A stretch of 64,000 nt of DNA from Pseudomonadota bacterium (GCA_039714115.1 JBDLJY010000001.1:1749-65748), one strand, 5' to 3'. Positions 46,969-56,987 are shown, numbered from the stretch's first letter. The notes: generated by a model not told the origin, from the sequence alone. A program made the numbers and translations.

Positions 46969-48084
46969 GTGAATATCATCACCGCTGAAAGTACGAAAGA
47001 TATAATTGAAGACATTGTACCAGACATCAAGCTGCAAATTGGCGATTTTGATGCCAAAATGGTGCTCTTTTTTGCATCAGCAAAGTTTGATCCGGCTCAA
47101 ACGGCTGAAAAAATGCAACATGCTTTTGGAGAGAGCTTAGTTTTTGGATGCTCCACTGCCGGCGAAATCGTTTCGGGTCAAATGCTAAAAAATTCTGTGG
47201 TGGCAATGGCTTTCAATTCGGAAATAATTGGCGAGGCTAAAATCGAAGTCGTTGAAAACATTAAAGATGAAAGCGGAGTCAAAGGGATTGATAAAGCTTT
47301 TGCCGCTTTTGAAAACTACTTTGAAATGCCTATGCGAGCGCTGGATTTTCAAAATTATGTGGGAATTGCGCTCATCGACGGACTCAGCGGCGCTGAAGAA
47401 GGGTTAATGGATCGGATTGGCGATCTCACTAATGTGTTATTTGTGGGCGGCTCTGTTGGTGACGATTTGAAATTTGAAACTACTTATGTTTATGCCAATG
47501 GGAAAGTTTATACAAACGCTGCTTTACTCGTCTTAATTAAGCCGAAAGTTAATTTTGGTCTGCTCAAGACTCAAAGTTTTTGCCAATTGCCTCAAAAATT
47601 GGTGGCGACAAAGGTTAATGAATTTGAAAGGACGGTTATCGAATTTAATAATAAACCGGCTGTTGTTGCTTATGCTGAAGCCGTTGGTAGCTCTGTAGAA
47701 GAGGTTTCAAGTCGTTTTATGGTCAATCCTGTGGGATTGATGATAGATGATGAGCCTTATGTTCGCAGCCCTCAGCAGATAAAAGGCAATAATATGGTCT
47801 TTTATTGTAATGTTCTGGAAGGGATGGAACTGACTTTGCTTGAATCTGGAGATATTATTGGTGATACAAGGGTGGCTATCGAGGAAAAACAGAAAGAAAT
47901 GGGGTCGATTTCCGCGATTATCAATTTCCACTGTATTCTGAGAACATTAGAATTGGAAAAAAAGGGTTTAACGGGGAGTTACGGAGAAATATTTTCTGAT
48001 ATTCCTACGATTGGCTTTAGCACTTACGGCGAAGAATATATTGGGCATGTCAATCAGACGTCGACAATGTTGGTTTTTGAATAA
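46969..48084 (+). CDS. FIST-domain sensory protein
   Basis: FIST_N/FIST_C-like pattern (LVFGCSTAGEI.., GFSTYGEEYIGHVNQTSTMLVF). GTG 46969 behind AGGAGA is preferred over the TTG 46885 of the ORF track. Confidence 0.7.
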   Translation: MNIITAESTKDIIEDIVPDIKLQIGDFDAKMVLFFASAKFDPAQTAEKMQHAFGESLVFGCSTAGEIVSGQMLKNSVVAMAFNSEIIGEAKIEVVENIKDESGVKGIDKAFAAFENYFEMPMRALDFQNYVGIALIDGLSGAEEGLMDRIGDLTNVLFVGGSVGDDLKFETTYVYANGKVYTNAALLVLIKPKVNFGLLKTQSFCQLPQKLVATKVNEFERTVIEFNNKPAVVAYAEAVGSSVEEVSSRFMVNPVGLMIDDEPYVRSPQQIKGNNMVFYCNVLEGMELTLLESGDIIGDTRVAIEEKQKEMGSISAIINFHCILRTLELEKKGLTGSYGEIFSDIPTIGFSTYGEEYIGHVNQTSTMLVFE

Positions 48085-48146
48085 AGCGACAATTTTGATG
48101 AAACTGCGGGGTATTGGTCTCCCCGCATGAAACCGGTAATAATATT

Positions 48147-48317
48147 ATGACTCGCGCGGCAAAAGTGGGACTGATGGGCGTGATGTGTGTTAGTGGTGTT
48201 TATTTCTTTCATATTGGTGTTATAACTGCGGGCGTATTGTATAACCTAAGTTTGGGGGCTGGTGTGGGAAACGCGATGTTACCCAAACTGAAAAACAAAA
48301 GCGTTTCAAAAATATGA
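48147..48317 (+). CDS. Small (56 aa) membrane protein translationally coupled to xdhA
   Basis: MTRAAKVGLMGVMCVSGVYFFHIGVITAGVLYNLSLGAGVG.. has two hydrophobic segments. ATGA overlap with the xdhA start. Confidence 0.4.
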   Translation: MTRAAKVGLMGVMCVSGVYFFHIGVITAGVLYNLSLGAGVGNAMLPKLKNKSVSKI

Positions 48318-49744
48318 TGATAACATTTATTTTAAATAACAAAAAAATAAGCACAGACTTACCATCAGGCATGGTGACTTTAGACTTTATACGTCGTTCT
48401 GAACGATTGGTTGGTACTAAAGAAAGTTGTCGGGAAGGCGATTGTGGCGCTTGCTTGATTTTGGTGGGCGAATGGGATGGTAAAGCGGTTTCTTATCAAT
48501 CCATTAATTCTTGTCTGTTGCCTTTAGCAGAACTTCATGGAAAACATGTTGTCACCATTGAAGGCTTGAACAACCATGGTTTAAGTCCTATTCAACAAGC
48601 CATTGTGGATGAAGGCGCAACGCAATGCGGCTATTGTACGCCCGGTATCGTTATTTCTCTAACAAGCTTTTTCTGTAATCAATCACATTTTGATGAAAAT
48701 CAAGCCATTGCCGCTCTTGATGGAAATATCTGTCGTTGCACGGGCTATCAAGCCATCAAACGTGCCGCTAGTCAACTTTGTCGAAAATTGAATTCGTCAG
48801 TGCTTAGTGATACCAAGAAAAATCACCTAAAATGGCTGGTTGACGCGCAAATTTTACCCCATTATTTTTTGCAAATTCCGGAACAGTTGCATAAATTATC
48901 CTTAGCTAACAACGAGGTAGCAACCAAAAATGCCTCAGAAGCGATTATTGTGGCAGGTGGCACCGATTTATGGGTGCAAAAACCCACCGAATTGTATAAT
49001 GCAAATTTAATGATACTTTCTCAGCGAAAAGATTTAAAGGGCATAAGGATTAAGCAAAACAGCTATTATATTGGGGCTACAACAAGTATTGAAGAAATAA
49101 AAAAATCGCATATTATACATAAATTTTTTCCAAAAATTAACGACTATTTTAAACGCATTGCTTCTACGCCCATTCGGCACCGTGCAACCCTTGGCGGAAA
49201 TATAGTTAATGCCTCACCCATTGGCGATTTAACTGTTTTTTTTCTTGCATTAGAAACCTCAATAACTATAACTGATTTCCCTAATAAACGTAAATTGGCT
49301 CTAAAAGATTTTTTCAAAGCTTATAAGCAAGTTGATAAGCATAACAATGAGCTTGTAGAAGAAATCAGTTTTCCATTGCCTACTCAAAAAACCTTCTTCA
49401 ATTTTGAGAAAGTTTCTAAACGGACTCATCTTGATATTGCCAGCGTAAATTCAGCCATACAAATAGTTATAGACAATGACATGATTCAACAAGTCCATCT
49501 GTCAGCGGGCGGTGTAGCACCCATACCGCTTTATTTATCGCGGACTGTGAATTATTTGAGGGGCAAAAAAATTCATATTGATTCTATTCGTGAAGCGACT
49601 TCTATTGCACAATCGGAAATTTCTCCTATCAGTGATGTACGTGGCTCTGCCGACTATAAACGTTTATTACTACGTCAACTGATTTATGCCCATTTTATTA
49701 CACTGTTTCCAGAACGGTTTAACGAAGGAGAAGTACTACGATGA
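48314..49744 (+). CDS. xdhA: Xanthine dehydrogenase small subunit (2x[2Fe-2S] plus FAD-binding)
   Basis: 476 aa. CREGDCGACLILV, QCGYCTPG, CRCTGY, FAD domain AGGTDL. Confidence 0.88.
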   Translation: MMITFILNNKKISTDLPSGMVTLDFIRRSERLVGTKESCREGDCGACLILVGEWDGKAVSYQSINSCLLPLAELHGKHVVTIEGLNNHGLSPIQQAIVDEGATQCGYCTPGIVISLTSFFCNQSHFDENQAIAALDGNICRCTGYQAIKRAASQLCRKLNSSVLSDTKKNHLKWLVDAQILPHYFLQIPEQLHKLSLANNEVATKNASEAIIVAGGTDLWVQKPTELYNANLMILSQRKDLKGIRIKQNSYYIGATTSIEEIKKSHIIHKFFPKINDYFKRIASTPIRHRATLGGNIVNASPIGDLTVFFLALETSITITDFPNKRKLALKDFFKAYKQVDKHNNELVEEISFPLPTQKTFFNFEKVSKRTHLDIASVNSAIQIVIDNDMIQQVHLSAGGVAPIPLYLSRTVNYLRGKKIHIDSIREATSIAQSEISPISDVRGSADYKRLLLRQLIYAHFITLFPERFNEGEVLR

Positions 49745-52041
49745 AAAACATTGATACCTTTCTCCATGTCAGGGGTGAGTCGCAATTTGTGGATGATGTG
49801 GTTGTGCCTGAAGGTTTGCTTTATGCCGCTGTTTTCTCATCTCCCATAGCCTGTGGCAAAATCACGCGATTGAGTCTGGCAGCTGCCAAAGAAATTGATG
49901 GCATATATGACATTTTGACAGCCGATGATATTCCCGCCGATAATCAAATTGGCAATATTATAAGGGATGAACCTTTATTGGCAGAGTCAGAAGTCAATTT
50001 TATTGGGCAACCGATTGCGCTTGTGGTAGGTCACAGTGCTGAAGTAGCTCGTATGGCAATGCAGGCGATAGAGATTGAATTTGAAGAACTACCCAGCATT
50101 TTTGATGCGCGTGAAGCTTATGCACAGGGACAATTGATTATCCCACCTCGTATTGTTTCTTTAGGAGAGATTGAGGAAACTTGGCAAAAATGTGATGTTA
50201 TTGTTGAAGGGCAAGTGGAATCTGGTGGACAAGAACATCTTTATTTAGAAATGCAAGGTGCCTTTGCCTATTCAACTGAAATGGGTGGAGTGAAAGTGAT
50301 AACAGCCACGCAGGCTCCAAGAGATGTACAAAATCGGATTGCTAAAGTGTTAGGTTTGGCACTGCATCATGTTGAAGTCGATGTTTTACGATTAGGTGGG
50401 GCATTTGGAGGTAAAGAAGTTCAAGCCACTACTTGGGCTGCTCTGGTTGCCTTAGCTGCTTTTAAACTTAAAAAACCAGTCAGACTGATCTTGCGCCGTG
50501 ATGAAGATATATGTATGACTGGGAAACGGCATCCTTATTCATCCGATTTCAAAATGGGCTTGGCTCATGATGGGAAAATTCTAGCTTATGAAGTGACTTA
50601 TTATCAAAATGCGGGGGCGTTTACTGATATCTCACCTGCTGTTTTGGATCGGACACTTTTGCACAGTACCAATAGTTATTTCGTACCCAATGTTAAAGCC
50701 ACCGGCTTCTGTTGCCGCACCAATCTACCGCCCAACACCGCCTTTCGTGGTTTTGGTACGCCACAGGCTATGTTTGTGATTGAATCTGCCATTTTTAAAG
50801 CGGCAGAAAAAATGGGCGTTGAACCATCAGTCATCCAAAAAAAGAATCTGTTGCAAGAGAATGATGAATTTCCTTATAGTCTTAAGGTAAAAAATAGTCA
50901 GGCACGTCGGTGTTGGGAACAAGCAGAACAAGTTTATCAACTAGAACAAATTCGCCAAGACATTCAAGATTTCAATTCAAGCCATTCATTCCAGAAAAAA
51001 GGGCTTGCTCTGATGCCCCTTTGCTATGGCATAGCATTTAGCAGTGCTATTTTTTTATGTCAAGCCTCTGCCTTATTACACATTTACAGTGATGATGGTA
51101 GTATCAGTGTTAGCACGGGTGCAGTCGAAATGGGGCAAGGTCTCAACATGAAAATTCGGCTGGTGGTGAGCGACATTTTTTCAATCAATGTTAATCGAAT
51201 CAAAGTCGAAAGCACGAATACGACTCGCGTGGCTAATGCGTCTCCCACATCTGCAAGTTATAGTGCCGATTTATATGGCAATGCCACCAAATTAGCTTGT
51301 TTAAAACTCTTAACTCGTATCAAAGAATTTGCGGCTAAACAACTCAATACGCCGCATACCAAGGATATCGAAATTAAAAACGAAACCCTTTATTTGCGTG
51401 GCAAACCCACCGAGTTGACATGGGACAAGCTCATTTCCGAGGCTTACTTGAATCGGATCAATCTGTCGGCAGAAGGCTATTACACCACGCCTAACATCCA
51501 TTTTGATCAAAGTCAATATAAGGGTAAACCTTTTGCTTATCACGTTTTTGGTACTGCTATAATAGAGGTAACGGTGGATTGTCTGCGTGGAACTTACCAA
51601 ATTAATGCCGTCAAGCTAGTACATGATTTTGGTAAAAGTCTCAATCCGTTAATTGATCGTGGGCAAGCAGAAGGTGCCATTGTGCAAGGACTTGGTTGGA
51701 TGACACTAGAAGAGTTAAGCTATGCTAACAATGGGCGTTTAACCTCTGGTACTTTGTCAACCTATAAAGTGCCAGATATTTATTTTGCTCCGCAAGAAAT
51801 ACAGGTACATTTTTTGGAAAATTCCGAAAATCCGCAGGGCATATTTAATTCCAAAGCCATTGGTGAGCCACCATTTATATATGGTATCGGGGTTTATTTT
51901 GCCATTTGGCAAGCTATGAAAGCCTTTCGTCCAGATTTGCAAATGCGGTTTTCAGCACCCATGACACCTGAAAAAGTGTTGCTTTCTTTGTATGACAATC
52001 ATATTCAACTCATGAAGGAGAAAAAAAATGGCAGTTTATGA
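49741..52041 (+). CDS. xdhB: Xanthine dehydrogenase molybdopterin-binding subunit
   Basis: 766 aa. Aldehyde oxidase/xanthine dehydrogenase a/b hammerhead and MoCo domains (GGAFGGKE, AFRGFGTPQ, GEPP). Confidence 0.88.
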   Translation: MKNIDTFLHVRGESQFVDDVVVPEGLLYAAVFSSPIACGKITRLSLAAAKEIDGIYDILTADDIPADNQIGNIIRDEPLLAESEVNFIGQPIALVVGHSAEVARMAMQAIEIEFEELPSIFDAREAYAQGQLIIPPRIVSLGEIEETWQKCDVIVEGQVESGGQEHLYLEMQGAFAYSTEMGGVKVITATQAPRDVQNRIAKVLGLALHHVEVDVLRLGGAFGGKEVQATTWAALVALAAFKLKKPVRLILRRDEDICMTGKRHPYSSDFKMGLAHDGKILAYEVTYYQNAGAFTDISPAVLDRTLLHSTNSYFVPNVKATGFCCRTNLPPNTAFRGFGTPQAMFVIESAIFKAAEKMGVEPSVIQKKNLLQENDEFPYSLKVKNSQARRCWEQAEQVYQLEQIRQDIQDFNSSHSFQKKGLALMPLCYGIAFSSAIFLCQASALLHIYSDDGSISVSTGAVEMGQGLNMKIRLVVSDIFSINVNRIKVESTNTTRVANASPTSASYSADLYGNATKLACLKLLTRIKEFAAKQLNTPHTKDIEIKNETLYLRGKPTELTWDKLISEAYLNRINLSAEGYYTTPNIHFDQSQYKGKPFAYHVFGTAIIEVTVDCLRGTYQINAVKLVHDFGKSLNPLIDRGQAEGAIVQGLGWMTLEELSYANNGRLTSGTLSTYKVPDIYFAPQEIQVHFLENSENPQGIFNSKAIGEPPFIYGIGVYFAIWQAMKAFRPDLQMRFSAPMTPEKVLLSLYDNHIQLMKEKKNGSL

Positions 52042-52756
52042 CAATATAGCCGAGCTGTATCAAAAAATTGATTATGTAGCAAATATGCCTATTAATGTGT
52101 ATACACATCTTAATTTGATTGGCGATGTAACAGACAAATCAATTCTTGATTTGGCTTGTGGAGATGGACTTTACACTAGAATGTTCAAGCAAAGCGCTAA
52201 ATACGTGGTTGGAGTGGACATTTCTGAAAAAATGATTGAGCTTGCCAGACAGCAAGAAGCTAGAGAGCCGCTTGGTATTGAATATCTTGTCCGTGATGTG
52301 CTTGAACTTGGCGAAATTGGTCATTTTGATTTGGTAGTTGCTGCTTATCTTCTAAATTATTCACAAACGAAAGAACAACTGCTCAAAATGTGTCAGAACA
52401 TTTATGTCAATCTGAAAACAGGCGGTCGTTTCCTCACCATCAACGGTAATCTTGATATGCCTCCTGAAATATATCCGAAATGGCAAAAATACGGCTTTAC
52501 CAAAAGTATTTCGGGTCCACTTGAGGAAGGTACACCCATTACTTTAACCTTCACTGCTGAAGGTAAACAATTCAGTTTTGATAACTACTACCTTAGCAAA
52601 GCCACGTATGAGTGGGCATTGCAAAAAGCGGGTTTTAAAGAAGTTTATTGGCATCAACCTCAAGTATCTCCAGAGGGTATTGAGAAATTTGGGCAAGAAT
52701 TTTGGCAAGATGCCCTTGATTACCCCTTTAATTGGTTTATTGAGTGCGTGAAATAA
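52028..52756 (+). CDS. Class I SAM-dependent methyltransferase
   Basis: 242 aa. Motif I ILDLACGDGLYT. Overlaps the xdhB end by 14 nt. Confidence 0.8.
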   Translation: MAVYDNIAELYQKIDYVANMPINVYTHLNLIGDVTDKSILDLACGDGLYTRMFKQSAKYVVGVDISEKMIELARQQEAREPLGIEYLVRDVLELGEIGHFDLVVAAYLLNYSQTKEQLLKMCQNIYVNLKTGGRFLTINGNLDMPPEIYPKWQKYGFTKSISGPLEEGTPITLTFTAEGKQFSFDNYYLSKATYEWALQKAGFKEVYWHQPQVSPEGIEKFGQEFWQDALDYPFNWFIECVK

Positions 52757-52768
52757 CAAAAGCGCATT

Positions 52769-53740
52769 ATGAAAGACAAAAAGGTGTGGCAATTTATTTG
52801 CGATAGCTTGCAACAAGATATTCCCGTCGCTTTGCTAATAGTGGTAGCAAGCGAAGGGAGTTCTCCGGGACGAGCTGGTTTTAAAATGGCAGTGTCTATG
52901 GATAAGACAATGGTAGGTACAATTGGTGGGGGTATTATAGAATACAAATTTGTCAACCAAGTACGCGCTATGCTAAAAAAAGGGAATTTTTTACCCTTGC
53001 TACAACGTCAATTCCACAAGCAAGAAGCCACAACAGAACGATCAGGTATGATCTGCGGCGGGATGCAATCTGTTGTTTTATATTCTTGTAAGAAAAATGA
53101 TCTTGTTATTCTACTTAGGTTGTTAGAGTCGCTTGAAACTCACGAAGGAGGGACTCTACATTTATCGCCTTCTGGCATGTTATTTACGCCTAACCAGCGC
53201 AATGTAGAGAATTACAAATTTATATTTGAAGCGGCAAATGAATGGCAATACGAGGAGCATATCGGTTTAATCAACACTGTCTATATTATTGGGGGTGGAC
53301 ATGTGGGATTGGCATTATCTCGTCTTTTGGCAATGCTTGATTTTTATATTGTCGTTTTAGATGAACGTCCTGATATCAATACTTTTAAAAATAATACTTA
53401 TGCCCACGAAAAAATCATTATCTCTTATAAAAATATTCAGGTACACATTCCAGAAGGTGAAGAAAATTATGTGGTGATTATGACACCGAATCATCGGGCT
53501 GATGAACTGGTTTTAGGGCAGTTGATTGATAAGAAGTTGCGTTATTTGGGGATGATGGGTAGTGCTTCAAAAGTCAAAAAGATTCTTGAGCATTTGCAAC
53601 AAGATGGCATTCCCCCTGAGAAGTTACAACAGCTTAGGGCACCGGCTGGTTTACCGATAAAAAGCCACACAGCTATGGAAATTGGCATCAGTATCGCGGC
53701 TGAAATCATTTCAGTTAAAAACAATGACTCAAAAATATAA
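52769..53740 (+). CDS. xdhC: XdhC/CoxI-family accessory (MoCo insertion) protein
   Basis: 323 aa. N-terminal XdhC_CoxI segment, Rossmann-like VYIIGGGHVGLALSRLL. Confidence 0.8.
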   Translation: MKDKKVWQFICDSLQQDIPVALLIVVASEGSSPGRAGFKMAVSMDKTMVGTIGGGIIEYKFVNQVRAMLKKGNFLPLLQRQFHKQEATTERSGMICGGMQSVVLYSCKKNDLVILLRLLESLETHEGGTLHLSPSGMLFTPNQRNVENYKFIFEAANEWQYEEHIGLINTVYIIGGGHVGLALSRLLAMLDFYIVVLDERPDINTFKNNTYAHEKIIISYKNIQVHIPEGEENYVVIMTPNHRADELVLGQLIDKKLRYLGMMGSASKVKKILEHLQQDGIPPEKLQQLRAPAGLPIKSHTAMEIGISIAAEIISVKNNDSKI

Positions 53741-53793
53741 ATGGGTGTGTATAGGACGCAATGCCAGTATGATAAACCCCCAAAGACGTTCTT

Positions 53794-53869
53794 TTGTAGG
53801 GTGGGCAAAGCCCACCTGTCGGGGCTGGTGGGCAACTTTTGCCTCGAAAACACCTTGCCCACCCTACAA
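53794..53869. repeat. Palindromic element TTGTAGGGTGGGCAAAG ... CTTGCCCACCCTACAA
   Basis: Read directly; nested inner palindrome GCCCACC..GGTGGGC. Confidence 0.85.
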
Positions 53870-53986
53870 TATCTCTTAACTTAAATTGCGGAGGATTTAC
53901 TTTTTTTGAGCAGAAATAACAGTGAATTTGGCTCTTTGGCTAATGAATTAGAGCAATATATTCTAAATAAACCCAAATGGGATTGC

Positions 53987-55069
53987 TTAACGCTCTCCCC
54001 ATTGAAATAAACCCAATCCGCCTAACACTACAGCTGCGCCCAGCCAGACTGTCGCGTGAATTATTTCTCCATTCAAATATTGTCCTAAAAACAGTGCCGT
54101 AATCGGGGTGATTAGGGTAATCAAAGCTACTCGTTTTGCATCAATCTGCTTGAGGATATAGTAGTAGAGTATAAATCCTAGCACTGAGCCAAATATCCCT
54201 AAATAGACAACCGATAACAGGGTGCGTGCGGTAAGGTTTTCCGGCAATGATTCTCCGAGCAATATCCATGTGATGCCATATAAGGGCAAAGCTATTAATA
54301 ATCCACCGCCTGTCATCGCTAAAGGGGAGATGGATACATTCAGGCGTTTTATCCAAACGGCACTGAATGAATGTAAAAACACTGCGATCAAGATGGCTAA
54401 TAAGCCTTTTACATTGTCTGCTTCCATTTTCAATTCGGTATTAAAAATCAGGCCCAAGCCTATTAGGCCTAATAACATGCCCGCCCATTGAGTCAATGCC
54501 ATTAAGTTAAGGATAAATGATTGATTTTAAAATAAAAAAAACTATTTTAAGAACAGATTCTGGTTTTTTTTTAACATAGATGCTCCGTTAAAAATCCGAT
54601 TTTTTGAAAAAATCGGATTTTTTTGACGTAGCAGCTCCGTTAAAAATCCGATTTTTACGTCTTCTCTCCAATAAAATCAATCAGTTGTCCTTAACTTAAT
54701 GGCATTGGCCCATTGAGTCGGGCTGATGGTGCGATCATTTAACCAGATAATGCTTAGTAAACTGGTCACTATCGGCGAAATGCCAAAGAGTACTGAAATT
54801 AGCCCCGATGGAATAAATTGTGCGCCCCAATAGGTTATTATCATGGCTCCGTAAATTGTTACACTGGCTGCCCAATAACTACGTCGAGCGGCACGATGCC
54901 AAGGAAATTCTAGGCGCCATAAGGCGATAATCAGGATACATAATAAGGCTCCCAATAGCATACGTCCGCTGACACCAAACAAAAAGCCGGTTTCGCCACT
55001 CCATTTGATCGCTAATGGCGTAGTGGACCAAATAATGATAACTCCTAAATACGCTGCCGGGACAGACAT
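53987..55069 (-). pseudogene. EamA/DMT-family transporter gene split by a MITE
   Basis: The N-terminal half (54677-55069) and C-terminal half (53987-54502) are both multi-TM EamA-like. The junction residues of both ORFs are encoded by MITE ends. Confidence 0.8.
54495..54707. mobile_element. MITE (AATGCCATTAAGTTAAGGA TIRs) inserted in the EamA gene
   Basis: 19-bp TIRs, flanked by the 12-bp direct repeat GCCCATTGAGTC (54483-54494 and 54708-54719). Confidence 0.88.
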
Positions 55070-55106
55070 TTTTTTTACTCCTCAAAGAAATAGGCGATAA
55101 ATGCAC

Positions 55107-55475
55107 TTACGGCGCACCGACAAATCCCACCAACACTGCCACCGGTGCCCCATCTTGGCGGCTTTGTACTTGTACATCCAAGCGCCGTAATTCATTGTCT
55201 GCCGTTTCTGATACGGTCATATTCCAATACCACTCCCGTTCCGCCATCATAGCGGCACCCTCCTTTTTGCCCAATTCTGGCCATTCACTCCGCACTTGAA
55301 TTTCTGTCAGTACATTCATCGCTACCCAGTGTGCTAAGGTTTTGTCGCGCAAATAACGGGCATTTTCTGCATTTTCTGCACTAACCTTTATCGCTGCCGC
55401 TAGGGCAACGGCAAGAATAGCCAACGCCACTAATACTTCTAATAATGTAAATCCTTGTTTATTAAAAATATTCAT
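55107..55475 (-). CDS. gspI: Type II secretion pseudopilin GspI
   Basis: Prepilin-type N-terminus KQGFTLLEVLVALAILAVAL. ATG 55475 gives an ATGA overlap with the gspH stop. Confidence 0.8.
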   Translation of the reverse strand: MNIFNKQGFTLLEVLVALAILAVALAAAIKVSAENAENARYLRDKTLAHWVAMNVLTEIQVRSEWPELGKKEGAAMMAEREWYWNMTVSETADNELRRLDVQVQSRQDGAPVAVLVGFVGAP

Positions 55476-55978
55476 TTGTTTGTAGGAGTCCAAACTTGAG
55501 TTAATTCCCCCGTCGCTGTCCCAATCAACCGATAACGCAACTTATCATCGGACTCTGCCGTGAATATCACTTCAAACGGTGTCATTTCTCCGCTAGAAAG
55601 TAATAACAGTTGCGGCGTATTATTGGTGCCTGCTTCAATAGATTCACCATCTAAGCGAATTTCTATCTGCATCCCTAGCGGCAAAGAGCGGGGACGGAAA
55701 ATGTCATCCCGCGCTGTGATTGTTTGCCATTCTTGTTTTTGCAGTACGTGAAAACGATAGCCTTCTGTCTTGAAAGAAACTCCCATTTCTTTGGATTGCA
55801 TAATAGCTTCTTGGCTTGCCAATTTTAATAGCGATGCTAAGCGTTGCGCTTCTTGCTCTAAATTTTGCGCCAACCCGCCGCCGATAGATAGTGTAGCAAA
55901 GCTTAAAATGACCCCAATAATGATCATGACAACCATGATTTCTATCAGGGTGAAGCCGTCATTGGTACGCCAATTCAT
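55472..55978 (-). CDS. gspH: Type II secretion pseudopilin GspH
   Basis: Start at MNWRTNDGFTLIEIMVVMIIIGVILSFA (ATG 55978). The 257-aa ORF-track version runs into the upstream gene and is rejected. Confidence 0.78.
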   Translation of the reverse strand: MNWRTNDGFTLIEIMVVMIIIGVILSFATLSIGGGLAQNLEQEAQRLASLLKLASQEAIMQSKEMGVSFKTEGYRFHVLQKQEWQTITARDDIFRPRSLPLGMQIEIRLDGESIEAGTNNTPQLLLLSSGEMTPFEVIFTAESDDKLRYRLIGTATGELTQVWTPTNK

Positions 55979-56036
55979 GTCGTATTCTTGTTCGGGTATT
56001 TTGGTGTCCAAAATAAATTTTGGACTCCAAGATTTG

Positions 56037-56969
56037 TTAGGGGTGTCTGACGATCCTAAATCCGATTGCTTTGTCGCGCTCTGCCGGTTGCCCTTTGTGA
56101 CGCTCTGTCGAGCGCAGCCGCCAAGCGACGCTGTTCCACGAGCCTCCGCGCAGGACGATAAGGTTGTCATTCTTGGTGTCTGAACAGTGCTGTTCTTTGC
56201 CGCTATATTTGTTTTCATACTCAGAGCATGTCCATTCCCAGACATTCCCTATAATGTCATACAAGCCAAAAGAATTTGGTGCGTATGTTCCAACGGGTGC
56301 CGTCTCTTCAAATTTGTCTCCACAATAACTTTTCCAACAATTGGCTTTATTAGAGCCAATCGCATTGCCCCGCCAATATTGAGTTGTCGTTCCTGCCCGT
56401 GCTGCATATTCCCATTCGGCTTCGGTTGGCAAGCGATATTTTTTTCCGGTTTGCTCGCTTAGCCATTCAACATAAGCCTTCGCTTGGTTCCAAGAAACTT
56501 CGACCACTGGCAGGTTGTCGCGCTCACTGGATTTTGTGGCTTTTGCAAATTTTTGATACTCTGCAATGGTCACTTCATAGCGCCCCATGGCAAAAGCTTC
56601 AATTGATACGGGGTGTACTGGTTGTTCATCAGCATCTCCGCTGCCATGAATATTCCCCATTTGAAAACGCCCTGCTGGTATCCACACCATTTCAGGGCCT
56701 TTGCTGCCATCCTTTAAACGGTCACGGAACATTTGACCTGCAACCGCTGGCGATTGACTTTCTAAAGGGGGTAAATCTGGCGATTGACTTTCTAAAGGGG
56801 GTAAATCTGGCGATACTTTTTTTGGGGCTGGGGCAACGGCAACGTCGTGCGTTGGAAAATCTGTGGTGTTGCTGGGTTGTTTGTCCTCTTTTACACAAGT
56901 CGCTAAGATAAATAGAGCGACAACTAGCATAAGAGTGCTTATTAGCATTAAGCCTTTTTTTAGTAACAT
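56037..56969 (-). CDS. Formylglycine-generating-enzyme (SUMF1/FGE-sulfatase) domain protein, membrane-anchored or secreted
   Basis: LPTEAEWEYAARAG, GNVWEWT, RGGSW motifs. ATG 56969 behind GAGGA gives the signal/TM segment MLLKKGLMLISTLMLVVALFILATC. Confidence 0.82.
   Translation of the reverse strand: MLLKKGLMLISTLMLVVALFILATCVKEDKQPSNTTDFPTHDVAVAPAPKKVSPDLPPLESQSPDLPPLESQSPAVAGQMFRDRLKDGSKGPEMVWIPAGRFQMGNIHGSGDADEQPVHPVSIEAFAMGRYEVTIAEYQKFAKATKSSERDNLPVVEVSWNQAKAYVEWLSEQTGKKYRLPTEAEWEYAARAGTTTQYWRGNAIGSNKANCWKSYCGDKFEETAPVGTYAPNSFGLYDIIGNVWEWTCSEYENKYSGKEQHCSDTKNDNLIVLRGGSWNSVAWRLRSTERHKGQPAERDKAIGFRIVRHP
56747..56815. repeat. 30-bp in-frame tandem repeat (about 2.3 units) encoding SPDLPPLESQ in the FGE-domain protein linker
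   Basis: CTGGCGATTGACTTTCTAAAGGGGGTAAAT occurs twice, plus a partial unit. Confidence 0.9.
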
Positions 56970-56987
56970 GATAATTTTTCCTCGCAA

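Noticed and set aside
55979-56245. N-terminal 89-aa extension of gspH
   Set aside because: The prepilin leader must be short. The extension overlaps the FGE-domain gene and has no SD. ATG 55978 gives the canonical MNWRTNDGFTLIE.
56384-56911. 175-aa plus-strand ORF, and 56722-57048 on the minus strand
   Set aside because: Both overlap the motif-supported FGE-domain gene in other frames or on the other strand.
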